This document shows positions 1 through 12,292 of a stretch of 57,837 nucleotides of DNA, one piece after another. Numbering within the stretch: the stretch's first letter is position 1; each line of letters begins with the position of its first letter. Below the pieces are notes generated by a model. The model made no database searches, was not told where the DNA came from, and worked only from the letters and a program-made list of their open reading frames with translations. Both the position numbers and the translations under genes were made by a program. Origin of the DNA: Malacoraja senta (taxonomy: Eukaryota); assembly GCA_038087875.1 (NCBI GenBank), contig JAXLNO010000310.1, positions 1-57,837 of the forward strand, written 5' to 3'.

Positions 1-165
1 CTGCAGATGCTGGTTCAAACCGATGATAGACACAAAAAGCTGGGGTAACTCAGCGGGACAGGCAGCGTCTCTGGAGAGAAGGAATGAGTGATGTTTTGGG
101 TCGAGACCCTTCTTCAGACCCTTCTTGGACGCTGCCTGTCCCGCTGAGTTACTCCACCTGTTTGT
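1..165 (-). mobile_element. Penelope-derived terminal-repeat (pLTR) fold-back fragment
   Basis: CTGCAGATGCTGG...AACTCAGCGGGACAGGCAGC...GAGACCCTTCTTCAG followed by its partial inverse GCTGCCTGTCCCGCTGAGTTACTCC; same repeat family lies 3' of the GIY-YIG ORF at 53500-53640. Confidence 0.65.
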
Positions 166-300
166 CTCTGGTCTTCTGAGTGCATGAAGTTCATGGCAAT
201 CGCAGTTTGGTGGTGACAGTACTTGTTCTTCGTTGTCATGAGTGAGTTGCTTGCAAAAGTTGTTGGTCTTGCTGATGTGGAAGACCAGGAACCTGACTGC

Positions 301-819
301 TCTCCTAATTTGTGGAAGGACATTGAGGGAGTGCAGCGTAGGTTCACCAGGTTAATTCCCGGCATGGCGGGACTGTCATATGCTGAGAGAATGGAGCAGC
401 TGGGCTTGTACACTCTGGAGTTTAGGATGAGAGGGGATCTTATTGAAACATATAAGATTATTAAGGGTTTAGACACGTTAGAGGCAGGAAACATGTTCCC
501 GATGTTGGGGGGAGTCCAGAACCAGGGGCCACAGTTTAAGAATAAGGGGTCGGCCATTTAGAACAGAGACGAGGAAACACTTTTTCTCACAGAGAGTTGT
601 GAGTCTGTGGAATTCTCTGCCTCAGAGGGCGGTGGAGGCAGGTTCTCTGGATACTTTCAAGAGAGAGCTAGATAGGGCTCTTAAAGATAGTGGAGTCGGG
701 GGATATGGGGAGAAGGCAGGAACGGGGTACTGAATGGGGATGATCAGCCATGATCACCTTGAATGGCCATGCTAGCTCGAAGGGCCGAATGGCCTACTCC
801 TGCACCTATTGTCTATTGT
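301..819 (+). mobile_element. CR1 LINE, 5'-truncated (ORF2 C-terminus + 3' UTR, (TCTATTG)n-tail subfamily)
   Basis: Translation [33 protein letters not shown]...; 3' end GGCCGAATGGCCTACTCCTGCACCTATTGTCTATTG recurs many times in the window. Confidence 0.9.
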
Positions 820-1369
820 AGATTGACTGCATCATGCAGATCACTTCACTGCAATCTGTTCGAAAATTGACAAATGGACAGAATATTGCCTTTACCAAAA
901 TATTCCCAGGATTTGGGGGTATTATGTACAAGGAGAGGTCGGGCTGACGTTGCTTGTTTTCTCTGGAACACTGGAGGTAGCAGGAAAACCTTTATGTTCA
1001 GTTTAGTTTCAGTTCAGTTATGTTCAGTTTAGTTTCTTGACACGTGTACCAAGGTACAGCTGCTCCTCAATAGACAATAGGTTCAGGAGGAGGCCATTCG
1101 GCCCTGAAAGCATCCAGAGAACCGGCCTCCAACGCCCTCTGAGGCAGAGAATTCCACAGACTCGCAACTCTCTGTGAAAAAGTGTTTCCTCGTCTCCGTT
1201 CTAAATGGCTTACTCCTTATTCTTAAACTGTGGCCGCTGGTTCTGGACTCCCCCAACATCGGGAACATTGCAAGGTAAAGCCAGTAAAGTGCGATCAAGG
1301 AGAGTCCGAGGGTCACCAATGAGGTAGATAGTAGTTCAGCACTGCTTGAAGTACAGTAGATACACCACT

Positions 1370-2240
1370 GTTGATGACACCACTGTTGTGGGACGTATCA
1401 CTGATGGGGATGAGTCAGAGTACAGAAGAGAGATCGAGCAACTGTCCATATGGTGCCAGCACAATAACCTGGCCCTCAACACCAGCAAAACCAAGGAACT
1501 GATTGTGGACTTTGGAAGGAGTAGGATGGGGACCCACAGTCCCGTTTATATCAACGGGTCGATGGTTGAAAGGGTCAAGAGCTTCAAATTCCTGGGCGTG
1601 CACATCTCTGAAGATCTTTCCTGGTCCGAGAACAATGATGCCATTATTAAGAAAGCACATCAGCGCCTCTACTTCCTGAGAAGATTACGGAGAGTCGGTT
1701 TGTCAAGGAGGACTCTCTCTAACTTCTACAGGTGCACAGTAGAGAGCATGCTGACCGGTTGCATCGTGGCTTGGTTCGGCAACTTGAACGCCCTGGAGAG
1801 GAAAAGACTACCAAAAGTAGTAAACACTGCCCAGTCCATCATCGGCTCTGACCTCCCTTCCATCGAGGGGATCTACCACAGTCGCTGCCTCAAAAAGGCT
1901 GGCAGCATCATCAAGGACCCACACCATCCTGGCCACACACTCATCTCCCTACTACCTTCAGGTAGAAGGTACAGGAGCCTGAAGACTGCAACGACCAGGT
2001 TCAGGAACAGCTACTTCCCCACAGCCATCAGGCTATTAAACCTGGCTCGGACATAACACTGAACTTTACTAGCCAATACTGTTATTTGCACTTTATCAGT
2101 ATATTGACCATTGTGTATATATTTATAGAATGCCTTGTAGTAAATGCCTACTATGTTCTGTTGTGCTGAAGCAAAGCAAGAATTTCATTGTCCTACCAGG
2201 GACACATGACAATAAACTCACTTGACTTGACTTGACTTGA
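1370..2240 (+). mobile_element. Rex1/Babar-type non-LTR retrotransposon, 5'-truncated
   Basis: ORF 1346-2056: DDTTVVG...WCQHNNLALNTSKTKELIVDF...FKFLGVHI...KKAHQRLYFLRRL...LPSGRRYRS; ends ACAATAAACTCA(CTTGA)n. Confidence 0.85.
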
Positions 2241-3704
2241 TACAATTATGAGAGGCATTGGTTGGGTAGACAGTTAGAACTAGAGGGCAGAGGTTTAAGG
2301 TGAGTTTAAGGAGATGGGGTTTTTTCACGGTGTTGTGGGGGCCTGGTATATGCTGCTGGGGGTGGTGGAGGCAGATATGACCATGGCATTCAAGAGGATT
2401 TTTGCATAGACAAGTCGACATGCAGAGAATGGAGGGATTTGTATTATGCACAGGCAGATAAGAGATGGTCTTTGCATTATGTTCGACACTTACCCCAGCT
2501 TGCATTGACAGTGCCGAAGTAGAGATGATAACATTTCCAGGAGTAAAGGGCTCTTAAAGATAGCGGTGTCAGGGGATATGGGGAGAAGGCAGGAACGGGG
2601 TACTGATTGGGGATGATCAGCCATGATCACATTGAATGGTGGTGCTGGCTCGAAGGGCCGAATGGCCTACTCCTGCACCTATTGTCTATTGTCTATAGTC
2701 TATCACCAACGACTTCTCCTGCACTACCCCATATTGAAGCAACAATCAAGAAAGCAATGTTATCAATCTACTGAACCATCCTATCACCAACTAGTGAGCC
2801 GGCCTGATCCACCATCTACTTCACTGGACACCTTTGTGCTATCTTTAATCGGAGTAAACATTATGGCCTTTATCCTGCACCTGTACACTGTGGATGACTC
2901 TGTTGTAATCATGTATTGTCTTTCTATTGACTTGATAGAGCAAAACAAAACCATTTTTCTCTGTGCCTCGGTGCAAGTGAAATTAAGAACTAAACTAACT
3001 TGAACTAAACTAATCGATTCTAACCTTTGACACCCTTGCTATTCAAAAAGCTATCAATCTCTCCTTCCAAAATACCCAATGACCTGGCCTTGACAGCCAT
3101 CTATGGCAATGAATTCCACAGATTCACCACCCTCTGACTAAAGTAATTTCACCTCATCTCCATTCTAATGGTACATCCTTTAATTCTGAGGCTGCGCCCT
3201 CCAGTCCTAGACTCTCCCACATCTTCGGTGGTGGGGAGGTGAATACCCGTGATGGACCTTCGGTGGTGGGGAGGTCAGTACCTGTGATGGAGCGGGCAGT
3301 GTCCACCACTGTTTGCAGTCATCTTTGCTCCTGGACAAACAGCCATGTTGTAGAGAGGGGAGGCCATTTTCCACAAGCAACACACGTTGTACTGATTTTT
3401 CAACTTGAAGGGAAAATTAAACGGATTGCGACACTCTTCACCAGAAACCTGGAGAACTCGACGGGAAACTGTCGCCCTGCCAAGAATCCAACTGTGTGCG
3501 ATGGGAGAGGCAGGCAATGAAAACCAAATATATAAAATGGAAATACTCACAAACAGTAGGGGAGATTAAATATGGGTTCATCACTGGTTTTAGTACCAAC
3601 TCCATCAAGAAAATGTAAGGGATTAAATCCAGGTTCGTTGATCTAAAATTGTTTTTTGAATACTAATATTCAAGGGCAGTTTGAGATTAAGAAGGAGGGG
3701 ACAG

Positions 3705-4220
3705 TTTGAGTTAGTTTAGTTGAGTTTAGTTTCTTGTCACGTGTACCGAGGTACAGGGAAAAGCTTTAGTTGCGTGCTAACCAGTCAGCGGAAAGACAAT
3801 ACATGATTACAATCGAGGCATTAACAGTGTACAGATACATGATAAAGGGAATAACATTTAGTGCAAGGTAAAGTTCGATCAAAGATAGTCCAAGGGTCAC
3901 TAATGAGGTAGATAGTAGTTCAGCACTGCTCTCTGGTTGTGGTAGGATGGTTCAGTTGCCTGATAACAGCTGGGAAGAAACAGTCCCTGAATCTGGAGGT
4001 GTGCGTTTTCACACTTCTGTACCTCTTGCCCGATGGGAGAGGGGAGAAAAGGGAGTGGCCGGGGTGAGACTGGTCATTGATTATGCTGCTGGCCTTGCCG
4101 AGGCAGCGTGAGGCATAGTTGGAGTCAATGGAAAGGAGGTTGGTTTGTGTGATGGTCTGGGCTGCGTCCACAATTCTCTGCAATTTCTTGCGGTCTTGGA
4201 TGGAGCTGTTCACAAGCCAA
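3705..4220 (-). mobile_element. Rex/Babar-type 3' fragment, (AAACT)n-tail family
   Basis: ORF 3920-4213 RKKLQRIVDAAQTIT...LPSGKRYRS...FFPAVIRQLN is homologous to the C-terminus of ORF 1346-2056; tail reads (TTTAG)n on +. Confidence 0.8.
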
Positions 4221-4239
4221 ACTGTGTCGCTGTTATTGA

Positions 4240-5220
4240 GTCATAGAGTGACACAGAGTGGATACATGCACTTCAGCCCAACTCGCCCACCACCGGCCAA
4301 CAATCTCCAAGCTACACTAGTCCCACCTGCCTGCGTTTGGTCCATATCCCTATAAACTTGTCCTATCCATGTACCTGTCTAACTGTTTCTTAAATGATGG
4401 GATAGTCCCAGCCTCAATTGCCTCCTCTGGCAGCTCGTTCCATACACCCACCACCCTTTGTGTGAAAAAGTTACCAGTCAGTTTCCTATTAAATCTTTTT
4501 CCCTTCACCTATGTCCTCTGGTCCTCGATTCCCCTACTCTGGGCAAAAGACTCTGTGCATCTCCTCGATCTATTCCTCTCAAGATTTTACACACCTCTAT
4601 AAGATCATACCTCATCCTCCTATGCTCCAAGGAATAGAGACCCAGCCTACTCAACCTCTCCCTGTAGCTCACACCCTCTAGTCCTGGCAACATCCTCGTA
4701 AATCTTCTCTGAACCCTTTCAGCTTGACAATATCTTTCCTATAACATGGTGCCCAGAACTGAACACAAAACTCTTAATGCGGTCTCACTAATGTCTTATA
4801 CAACTGCAACATGACCTCCCAACGTCTATACTCAATACTCTGACTGATGAAGGCCAATGTGCCAAAAGCCTATATAACTGCGACTCGACCTTCAAGGAAC
4901 CATGCACTTGTACTCCTAGATCCCTCTGCTCTACAACACTACCCAGAGGCCTACCATTCACTGCCCTTGTTCGACATCCCAAAATGCAACACCTCACACT
5001 TCTCTGTATTAAATTCCATCAATCATTCCTCCGCCCACCTGGCCAATCGATCCAGATCCCGCTGCAATCGTTCACAACTATCTTCACTATCGGCAAAACC
5101 ACCCACGTTTGTATCATCAGCAAACTTGCTAATCTTGCCATGTATGTTCTCATCCAAATCATTGATGTAGATGACAAACAGTAACGGGCCCAGCACCGAA
5201 CCCTGAGGCACACCACTAGG
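4240..5220 (-). mobile_element. CR1 LINE fragment (RT C-terminal half + 3' UTR), degraded
   Basis: [19 protein letters not shown]...SKFADDT (5023-5211) and [14 protein letters not shown] (4505-4693). Confidence 0.85.
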
Positions 5221-5221
5221 T

Positions 5222-5495
5222 ACAGGAGGTACCTATTTGTACGGGACATGCCAAACTTGCTAAGCCTTCTAAGGAAGTAGAGGCGTTGGTGTGCTTTCTT
5301 GGTTGTTGCTTCAATATGGGTGGTCCAGGAGAAGTTGTTGGTGATAGTGACTCCTAGTAATTTGAAGTTTTCAACCATCTCTACTTCATCACCGTCGATG
5401 CAGACTGGGGCATGTGAACCGCTTCACTTCCTGAAGCCCATCACTGTCTCCTTTGTCTTGTTGACATTGAGAGAAAGGTTGTTGTCTCAACACCA
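5222..5495 (-). mobile_element. Rex/Babar-type RT fragment
   Basis: VENFKLLGVTITNNFSW...KKAHQRLYFLRRL in ORF 5019-5378. Confidence 0.7.
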
Positions 5496-5514
5496 TGTTC
5501 TCTGTCTCGTGTTC

Positions 5515-5730
5515 ACTCCCTACACACCAAGGGACAATTTAGCAAAGCCAATTCATCGGCAAACCCTCACGTACTTGGAGTGTGGGAGGAAACCGGAGCA
5601 CCCGGAGAAAACCCACGCAGTCACAGGGAGAACGTACAAACTCCATATAGACAGCACCGGTAGTCAAGATTGAATCCGGATCTCCGGTGATGTAAGGCAG
5701 CAATTCTACCACCAGGCCACCGTGCCGCCC
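5515..5730 (-). mobile_element. tRNA-derived SINE (HE1/V-SINE-like)
   Basis: Reverse complement of the SINE head and core at 11418-11735. Confidence 0.8.
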
Positions 5731-6561
5731 AAATTTTTGTCATCAAAAGACATATTCTGAAAATGATTAGCCAATGGTTCTACGCAACCATTTTGATTGC
5801 ATGGAACTCTCTGTTTTCTATATTGAGTTGCACATAATACTTCAAATCTTGGTTAATCATTGTATGAATTCATTGTTAATCAGAACAAAAGGACAAAGGA
5901 GGACCCAGCATGAGGGGGAAGAACAAGGGAGGACCTACCGTGGAGTACTTTGTGACTTTGTCTGCGCCCTTTATGTAGCGGCTATTAGCATACCTTGGGT
6001 ACGCAAGCAAAGAGTTACACTGCGACTTGTCACATGTAAAAATAAAGTGTTATTCAATTCAATTCAAGTCAATTCAATTCAATATTACCTTTTTATCTTT
6101 CACTTTATGTACTTTCTGATTCAAAGCACTTTAGCCTGATTTACTCCAGCTAGCACCTGATGGTGTAATTTATACACATGCCGTCAGGTTTCAGGATCCA
6201 GTCACGAATATATTGCAACCGAGCTTGTGATTTCATTTCTCATTCCACTCACAGTAGAGCTGACCCCACTTCTATCTATAAAATTGGATGCACCATTCTG
6301 TTTGTTTGTTGTGTTAACCTTTGTCGCCTCGGCTTTGTCATCCAAGCTCTTTGCCAGTTGCCTGATTGTGTCACGTCAGCACATTTCAACATTGCGTTCC
6401 CTCTGTTTTAGTTTTAGACTTCAGAGATACAGGGTGGAAACAGGCCCTTCGGCCCAGTGAGTCCGCACCGCTCAACAAACACCCCAAACTCTCGCACTAT
6501 CCTACACGCTAGTTACACACCCTGCCCCTTCTTTTATCACTGACATCCCTCCTCCAGCTTC

Positions 6562-7152
6562 ACAATAGACAATAGACAATAGACAATAGGTGCAGGAGTA
6601 GGCCATTCGGCCCTTCGAGCCAGCACAGCCATTCAATGTGATCATGGCTGATCATCTCCAATCAATAGACAATAGACAATAGGTGCAGGAGTAGGCCATT
6701 CGGCCCTTCGAGCCAGCACTGCCATTCAATGTGATCATGGCTGATCATCCCCAATCAGTACCACGTTCCTGCCTTCTCCCCATATGCCCTGACTCTGCTA
6801 TCTTTAAGACCCCTATCTAACTCTCTCTTGAAAGCATCCAGAGAACCTGCCTCCACCGCCCTCTGAGGCAGAGAATTCCACAGACTCACAACTCTCTGTG
6901 AGAAAAAGTGTTTCTTCATCTCCGTTCTAAATGGCCAACCCCTTATTCTTAAACTGTGGCCCCTGGTTCTGGACTCCCCCAACATCGGGAACATGTTTCC
7001 TGCCTGTAGCGTGTCCAAACGCTTAATAATCTTACATGTTTCAATAAGATCGCCTCTCATCCTTCTAAATTCCAGAGTGTACAAGCCCAGCCGCTCCATT
7101 CTTTCAGCATATGACAGTCCCGCCATCCCGGGAATCAACCTCGTGAACCTAC
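6562..7152 (-). mobile_element. CR1 LINE 3' fragment with tandemly duplicated 3' terminus
   Basis: ORF 6755-7138 matches the CR1 ORF2 C-terminus; the ~100-bp 3' end (CAATAGACAATAGGTGCAGG...GATCATC) occurs twice. Confidence 0.85.
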
Positions 7153-7167
7153 AATTTTCAACTTTAG

Positions 7168-7245
7168 TTCAAGGGTCAAGTCCCGAGTTCAAGGGTCAAG
7201 TCCCAAGTTCAAGGGTCAAGTCCCGAGTTCAAGTGTCAAGTTCCG
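7168..7245. repeat. Short ~20-bp tandem repeat (TTCAAGGGTCAAGTCCCGAG)n
   Basis: About four visible imperfect copies. Confidence 0.8.
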
Positions 7246-7929
7246 AAATGGAACATTTAAATCCTTAAGTAGCAGTACAACAGATACAGTCATAGAGTGA
7301 TACAGCGTGGAAACAGGCCCTTTGGCCCAACTTGCCCACACCGCCCAGCAAGCCCCATCTACACTAGTCCCACCTGCCTGCCTGCCTGCCACTAAGGCAG
7401 ACACTCTACCACTGCACCACCAGGCTACCTTGTCATTGTTGCATTCAGCTTTTGGGCAATTTACATCATTATTAGACTTTTAAATGAATTGATTTTCCTG
7501 TTTATTATATTATCTCTCAGTATTGTGTTTACAGGCCTGTTAAGCTGCAGCAAGTAAGAATTTCAATAGACAATAAACAATAGGTGCAGGAGTAAGCCAA
7601 TCGGCCCTTCGAGCCAGCACCGCCATTCAATGTGATCGTGGCTGATCATCCCCAATCAGTACCCCGTTCCTGCCTTCTCCCCATATCCCCTGACTCCGCT
7701 ATTTTTAAGAGCCCTATCTAGCTCTCTCTTGAAAGCATCCAGAGAACCGGCCTCCACCGCCCTCTGAGGCAGAGAATTCCACAGACTCACCACTCTCTGT
7801 GTGGAAACATTCTCTGTGTGAAAAAACCTCTCTGTGTGAAAAAACGATGTCACTGTTCCATGGTCAGTACATGTGACAATTAAGTACTCGTGGCCTGACG
7901 TCTGGATTGATCTCTCTAGAGTTTTGAAG

Positions 7930-8880
7930 GCTAGTCCCACCTGCCTGCATTTGATCCAAATGCTTCTAATCCTGTCCTAGCCATGTACCGGTCCAAAAGT
8001 CTTTCTTCATTGTGCTTTTAGTACCTGCCTCAACGACCCCCTCTGGCAGCTCGTTCCATACACCCACCACCGTCTGTTTGAAAAAGTTGCCCCTTGGGTT
8101 CCTATTCAATCTTCCCCTCCTCACCTTGAACCTATGTCCTCTGGTTTTCGATTCCCCTACTCTGGGCAAGAGACTCTGTGCTTTTACCCGATCTATTCCC
8201 CTCATGATTTTATACACCTCTATAAGATCACCCTCATCCTCCTGCGCTTCAAGGAATAAAGTCTTAGCCTGTGCAATCTCTCCCTGTAGCTCAGACCCTC
8301 GAGTCCTGGCAACACACTTAAGATCAAAAAACTTGCAGGTTTGTAGGTTAATTGACTTGGTAGAATTGTAAATAAGGGTAACTTTTTCACACAAAAGGTG
8401 GTGGGTGTCTGGAACGAGCTGCCAGAGGGGGTAGTTGAGGCTGGGACTATCCCAACGTTTAAGAAACAGTTAGACAGGTACATGGATAGGTCAGAGGTAG
8501 ACAAAAGCGCTGGAGAAACTCAGCGGGTGCAGCAGCATCTATGGAGCGAAGGAAATAGGCAACGTTTCGGGCCAAAACCCTTCTCCAGTCTGAAGAAGGG
8601 TTTCGGCCCAAAACATTGCCTATTTCCAGTCTGAAGAAGGGTTTCGGCCCGAAACGTTGCCTATTTCCTTCGCTCCATAGATGCTGTTGCACCTGCTTTT
8701 GTCTATCTTCGATTTTCCAGCATCTGCAGTTCCTTCTTAAAAACATGGATAGGTCCGGTTTGGAGGGATATGGACCAAGCGCAGGCAAGTGTGACTAGTG
8801 TAGACGGGACATGTTGGCCGGTGTTGGCGAGTTGGGCCAAAGGGTCTGTTTCCACACTGTATCACTCTACGACTCTAAAT
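7930..8880. mobile_element. Two CR1 3' fragments in opposite orientation (7930-8312 minus; ~8375-8880 plus, interrupted by a Penelope-derived element)
   Basis: ORFs 7966-8394 and 8398-8634 both encode VVGVWNELPEGVVEAGT. Confidence 0.75.
8493..8742 (+). mobile_element. Penelope-derived fold-back element with 13-bp TSD and two tandem hammerhead-like motifs
   Basis: ACATGGATAGGTC at 8480-8492 and 8743-8755; internal inverted arms; CTGAAGAAGGGTTTCGGCCC(A/G)AAAC starting at 8590 and 8631. Confidence 0.75.
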
Positions 8881-9632
8881 TGTCCCTAGTGTGTGTAGGA
8901 TAGTGTTAGCGTGCGGGGATCGATGGTCAGTGCGGGCTCGGTGGGCTGAAGGGCCTGTTTCCAACCTGTATCTCTAAACTAAACTAAACATACTCATGTT
9001 CTCAAGGGGTGGATAAAAGAGGCGTAAAATGTGAAGCCAAAGGAAGGAATATAGGTGGAATCTTGAGGTATAGTGTGGAGTCGGGCCGAAGGGCCTGTTT
9101 CTGTGTTGTCTGCCCCTGTGCCAAATAAATGCCATTTGACTGAGAGCAGATCCAGTGACAGAGGGGTGGGGTGTGGGACATTTAGTACCATGTTTGGGCA
9201 ACAGCATTGTAGTGCATCCGTTCCAGAGACAAAGTTCAATGTCCGCAATGGTGTAGAGGTGAATGGGACGGTACCCTAGCTTATGGAAGGGCCGTTCAGT
9301 TCATTGACAATTCTAGCAAACATTAGTCACAATCATACTAAGTACAAGAGTGTAAGATAGTAGACCAACACTGATACAGTTCACGAGAGTCGACTCTACA
9401 AGAGTAACAAGATCACAAGAGTACTGGACATTATCATGCATGTTATTCCTTTAGTCATCGGCGGTCACTCGAAACGAGTGTGACTATCCTCTCATGGAGG
9501 CCGCTTGTGCGTGACTTTATTTAACTTGGGGAGACTGGGGTTTGTGCGTTCTCCCTGTTTTCTCCGGGCGCTCCCGTTTCCTCCCACATCCCAAAGACGT
9601 ACAGGTTTGTAGGTTAATTGGCTTCTGTAAAC

Positions 9633-10049
9633 CAAAGATCCTATAGCGGAGCAAGATAGACCACTCCTGCTTAATGCAATGGGCTGACGTGTAGTACGCA
9701 ACGGAACGGAACGTGGGCCTTTTTTTCATCCATTTCCGTAACCGGACCCGACCCGACCCGACCCGCAGTGTAATCAACGTTGCGGGGGAACAGTTTGTGT
9801 TAATGAATTATAATTCTGAAAATGAGGAGAAGATTTTTACCAAATAACTTTTATTTTTACGAGGATGTTTCTGTAACCGGGTTCCGTCTCCGCACTAGTT
9901 ATCTTTGCTCCGCTATGATGGGATCTTTGGTGCGGAGACGGAAGCCGGTTACGGAAATGGGGCCGAAAATTACCCATGAATCTGCCCATGACCGTACTAC
10001 GTCTTTTTCGTCGAATGGACCATCTTGCTCGCTATAGATATGATCTTTG
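9633..10049. mobile_element. MITE with CAAAGATC... TIRs and ~8-bp TSD (P- or hAT-like), inserted in a SINE
   Basis: CAAAGATCCTATAGCGGAGCAAGAT / ATCTTGCTCGCTATAGATATGATCTTTG; flanks CTGTAAAC (9625-9632) and GTGTAAAC (10050-10057); SINE sequence resumes on both sides. Confidence 0.75.
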
Positions 10050-11417
10050 GTGTAAACTGTCCCTGGTGTGTGCAGGATAGTGCTGGTGTGCCGGGTGGTC
10101 GCTGGACGGCACGGACTCGGTGGGCCGAAGGGCTCGCTGTATCTTTAAAAAAAACACCCGCCACGACCGAGAGAGAGAAGAATCATCCACGATTAATTAT
10201 TTTTAATCGTGATGCAAATATGGAAAAACATAATCTGTTTCTAATTTGTCAGGAATGTGAACTGAATAAGGTGCATTCACATTCTCATTTCACACATGTA
10301 AAGAAAAATGAAATGTTATATAAACACCAATGCCACGTTAGCGTTGAGGACAAGTTGAAACAAAATGAACAGATTATTTTTACAAGATGATAGAACCATA
10401 TTAAAATCTTGCAACCAATGCCGAGAAAGCGAGCAGCTACATTTTAATTGTTACCTCTGGACTTACATCAATTAAATAAAGTCCTTTATGTTAATCAGAT
10501 TATCCTAGATTAATGCCAAACTCTTTCCAATCTTTTGTCTGGAAAACAAATACTACGGGGCAAATAAATGCCCAGTAAATATCAACCATTTAAGCCTCGA
10601 TGGCTCCAAAGGATTCTGCAGCAGTAATGGATCATTGTATAATCAGATTACTTAATGCAGCTTTCATATTTGCAAAAAATAATGAGGTTGCTACAGGTGA
10701 ATTATTAAGAGTGGAGACAAAGATGCACGAAGCTGGAGGACAAGCAATCCATCATTTTTAATATTTTTAATATTCCGTGAAGCTTAGCATTTTTTTAGTT
10801 TAGAGATACAGAGCGATAACAGGCCATTCGGCCCACCAAGTCCGCACCGACCAGCGATCCCCGCACACAAACACTTCCGATTCCCTTATCCTTAACCAGT
10901 GTGAAGAAAGGTCTCGACCCGAAACGTCATCCATTCCTTCTCTCCAGAGATGCTGCCTGTCCTGCTGAGATACTCCAGCATTTTGTGTTTATCTTCGGTT
11001 TAAACCAGCATCTGCAGTTCCTTCCTGCACTCTGTGTCTGTGTTGGCATCATGTTCAGTATGGACATTGTGGGCCGAAGGGCCTGTTCCTGTGCTGTACT
11101 GTTCTATGTTGTTTAGCTTGGATATGTTTAGTTTAGTTTAGTTTAGTTTAGTTTAGTTCAGTTTAGTTTATTGTCACGTGTACCGAGGTACAGTGAAAAG
11201 CTTTTGTTGCGTGCTAACCAGTCAGCGGGAAGACAATACATGATTACAATCGAGCCGTCCACAGTGTACAGATACAGGATAAAGGGAATAACATTTAGTG
11301 CAAGATAAAGCCCAGTAGCGTCCGATTAAAGATAGTCCAACTTTCTGATGTCAACCCTTTCAGAAACATAAAGGTACTGTTTTCATCGAATCTTGAGCTT
11401 CTCAGGACGCTCAGTTT

Positions 11418-11735
11418 GGGCGGCACGGTGGCGCAGCGGTAGAGTTGCTGCCTCACAGCGCCAGAGACCCGGGTTCCATCCTGACTACAGGTGCTGTCTA
11501 TACGGAGTTTGTACGTTCTCCCCGTGACCTGCGTGGGTTTTCTCCGGGTGCTCCGGTCTCCTCCCACACTCCAAAGACGTACAGGTTTGTAGGTTAATTG
11601 GCTCTGGTATAAATGTAAATTGTCCCTAGTGTGTGTGGGATGGTGCTAGTGTGCGGGGATCGCTGGTCAGCACGGACTCGGCGGGACGAAGGGCCTGATT
11701 CCGCGCTGTATCTCGGAACTAAACTAAACTAAACT
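11418..11735 (+). mobile_element. Full-length tRNA-derived SINE (HE1/V-SINE-like)
   Basis: Pol III A box (GGTGGCGCAGCGG), B-box-like GGGTTCCATCC, core GGAGTTTGTACGTTCTCCCCGTGACCTGCGTGGGTTTTCTCCGGGTGCTCCGG, CR1-like 3' end GAAGGGCCTG...CTGTATCTC and (AAACT)n tail; many more copies in window. Confidence 0.85.
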
Positions 11736-11741
11736 CTAACG

Positions 11742-12292
11742 TACACAAAAATGCTGGAGAAACTCAGCGGGTGCAGCAGCATCTATGGAGCGAAGGAAAT
11801 AGGCAACGTTTCGGGCCGAAACCCTTCTTCAGACTGATGGGGGGTGGGGAGAAGAAAGGAAAAAGGCAGAGGAGGAGCCCGAGGGCTGAGGGATGGGAGG
11901 AGACAGCCCGAGGGCTGAGGATCCGACCTCTCTGTCCTGGGTCACTTCCATAGCCAGAGCGAGCAACACCGAAATTTTTTAGGAACAGCACCTCATATTC
12001 CGCTTGGGGAGTCTGCATCCTGGGGGCATGAACATTGAATTCTCCCAATTCTGTTAGCCCTTGCTGTCTCCTCCCCTTCCTCAGCCCTCGGGCTGTCTCT
12101 TCCCATCCCTCAGCCCTCGGGCTCCTCCTCCGCCTTTTTCCTTTCTTCTCCCCACCCCCTATCAGTCTGAAGAAGGGTTTCGGCCCGAAACTTTGCCTAT
12201 TTCCTTCGCTCCATAGATGCTGCTGCACCTGCTGAGTTTCTCCAGCATTTTTGTCTACCTTCGATTTTCCAGCATCTGCAGTTCCTTCTTAA
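11742..12292 (+). mobile_element. 5'-truncated Penelope-like element with inverted partial pLTR at its 5' side
   Basis: ~11920-12040 encodes the end of the GIY-YIG domain (EQHLIFRLGSLHPGGMNIEFS); 11742-11920 is the reverse complement of ~12080-12260; near-TSD AAACTA(A/T)ACTCTAA. Confidence 0.8.

Noticed and set aside
160..300. Possible host exon (stop-free frames on both strands)
   Set aside because: No recognisable protein similarity, no convincing splice-site pair, and no partner exons.
11418..11490. tRNA gene
   Set aside because: A and B boxes belong to a SINE head that runs straight into the SINE core and tail and is repeated many times.
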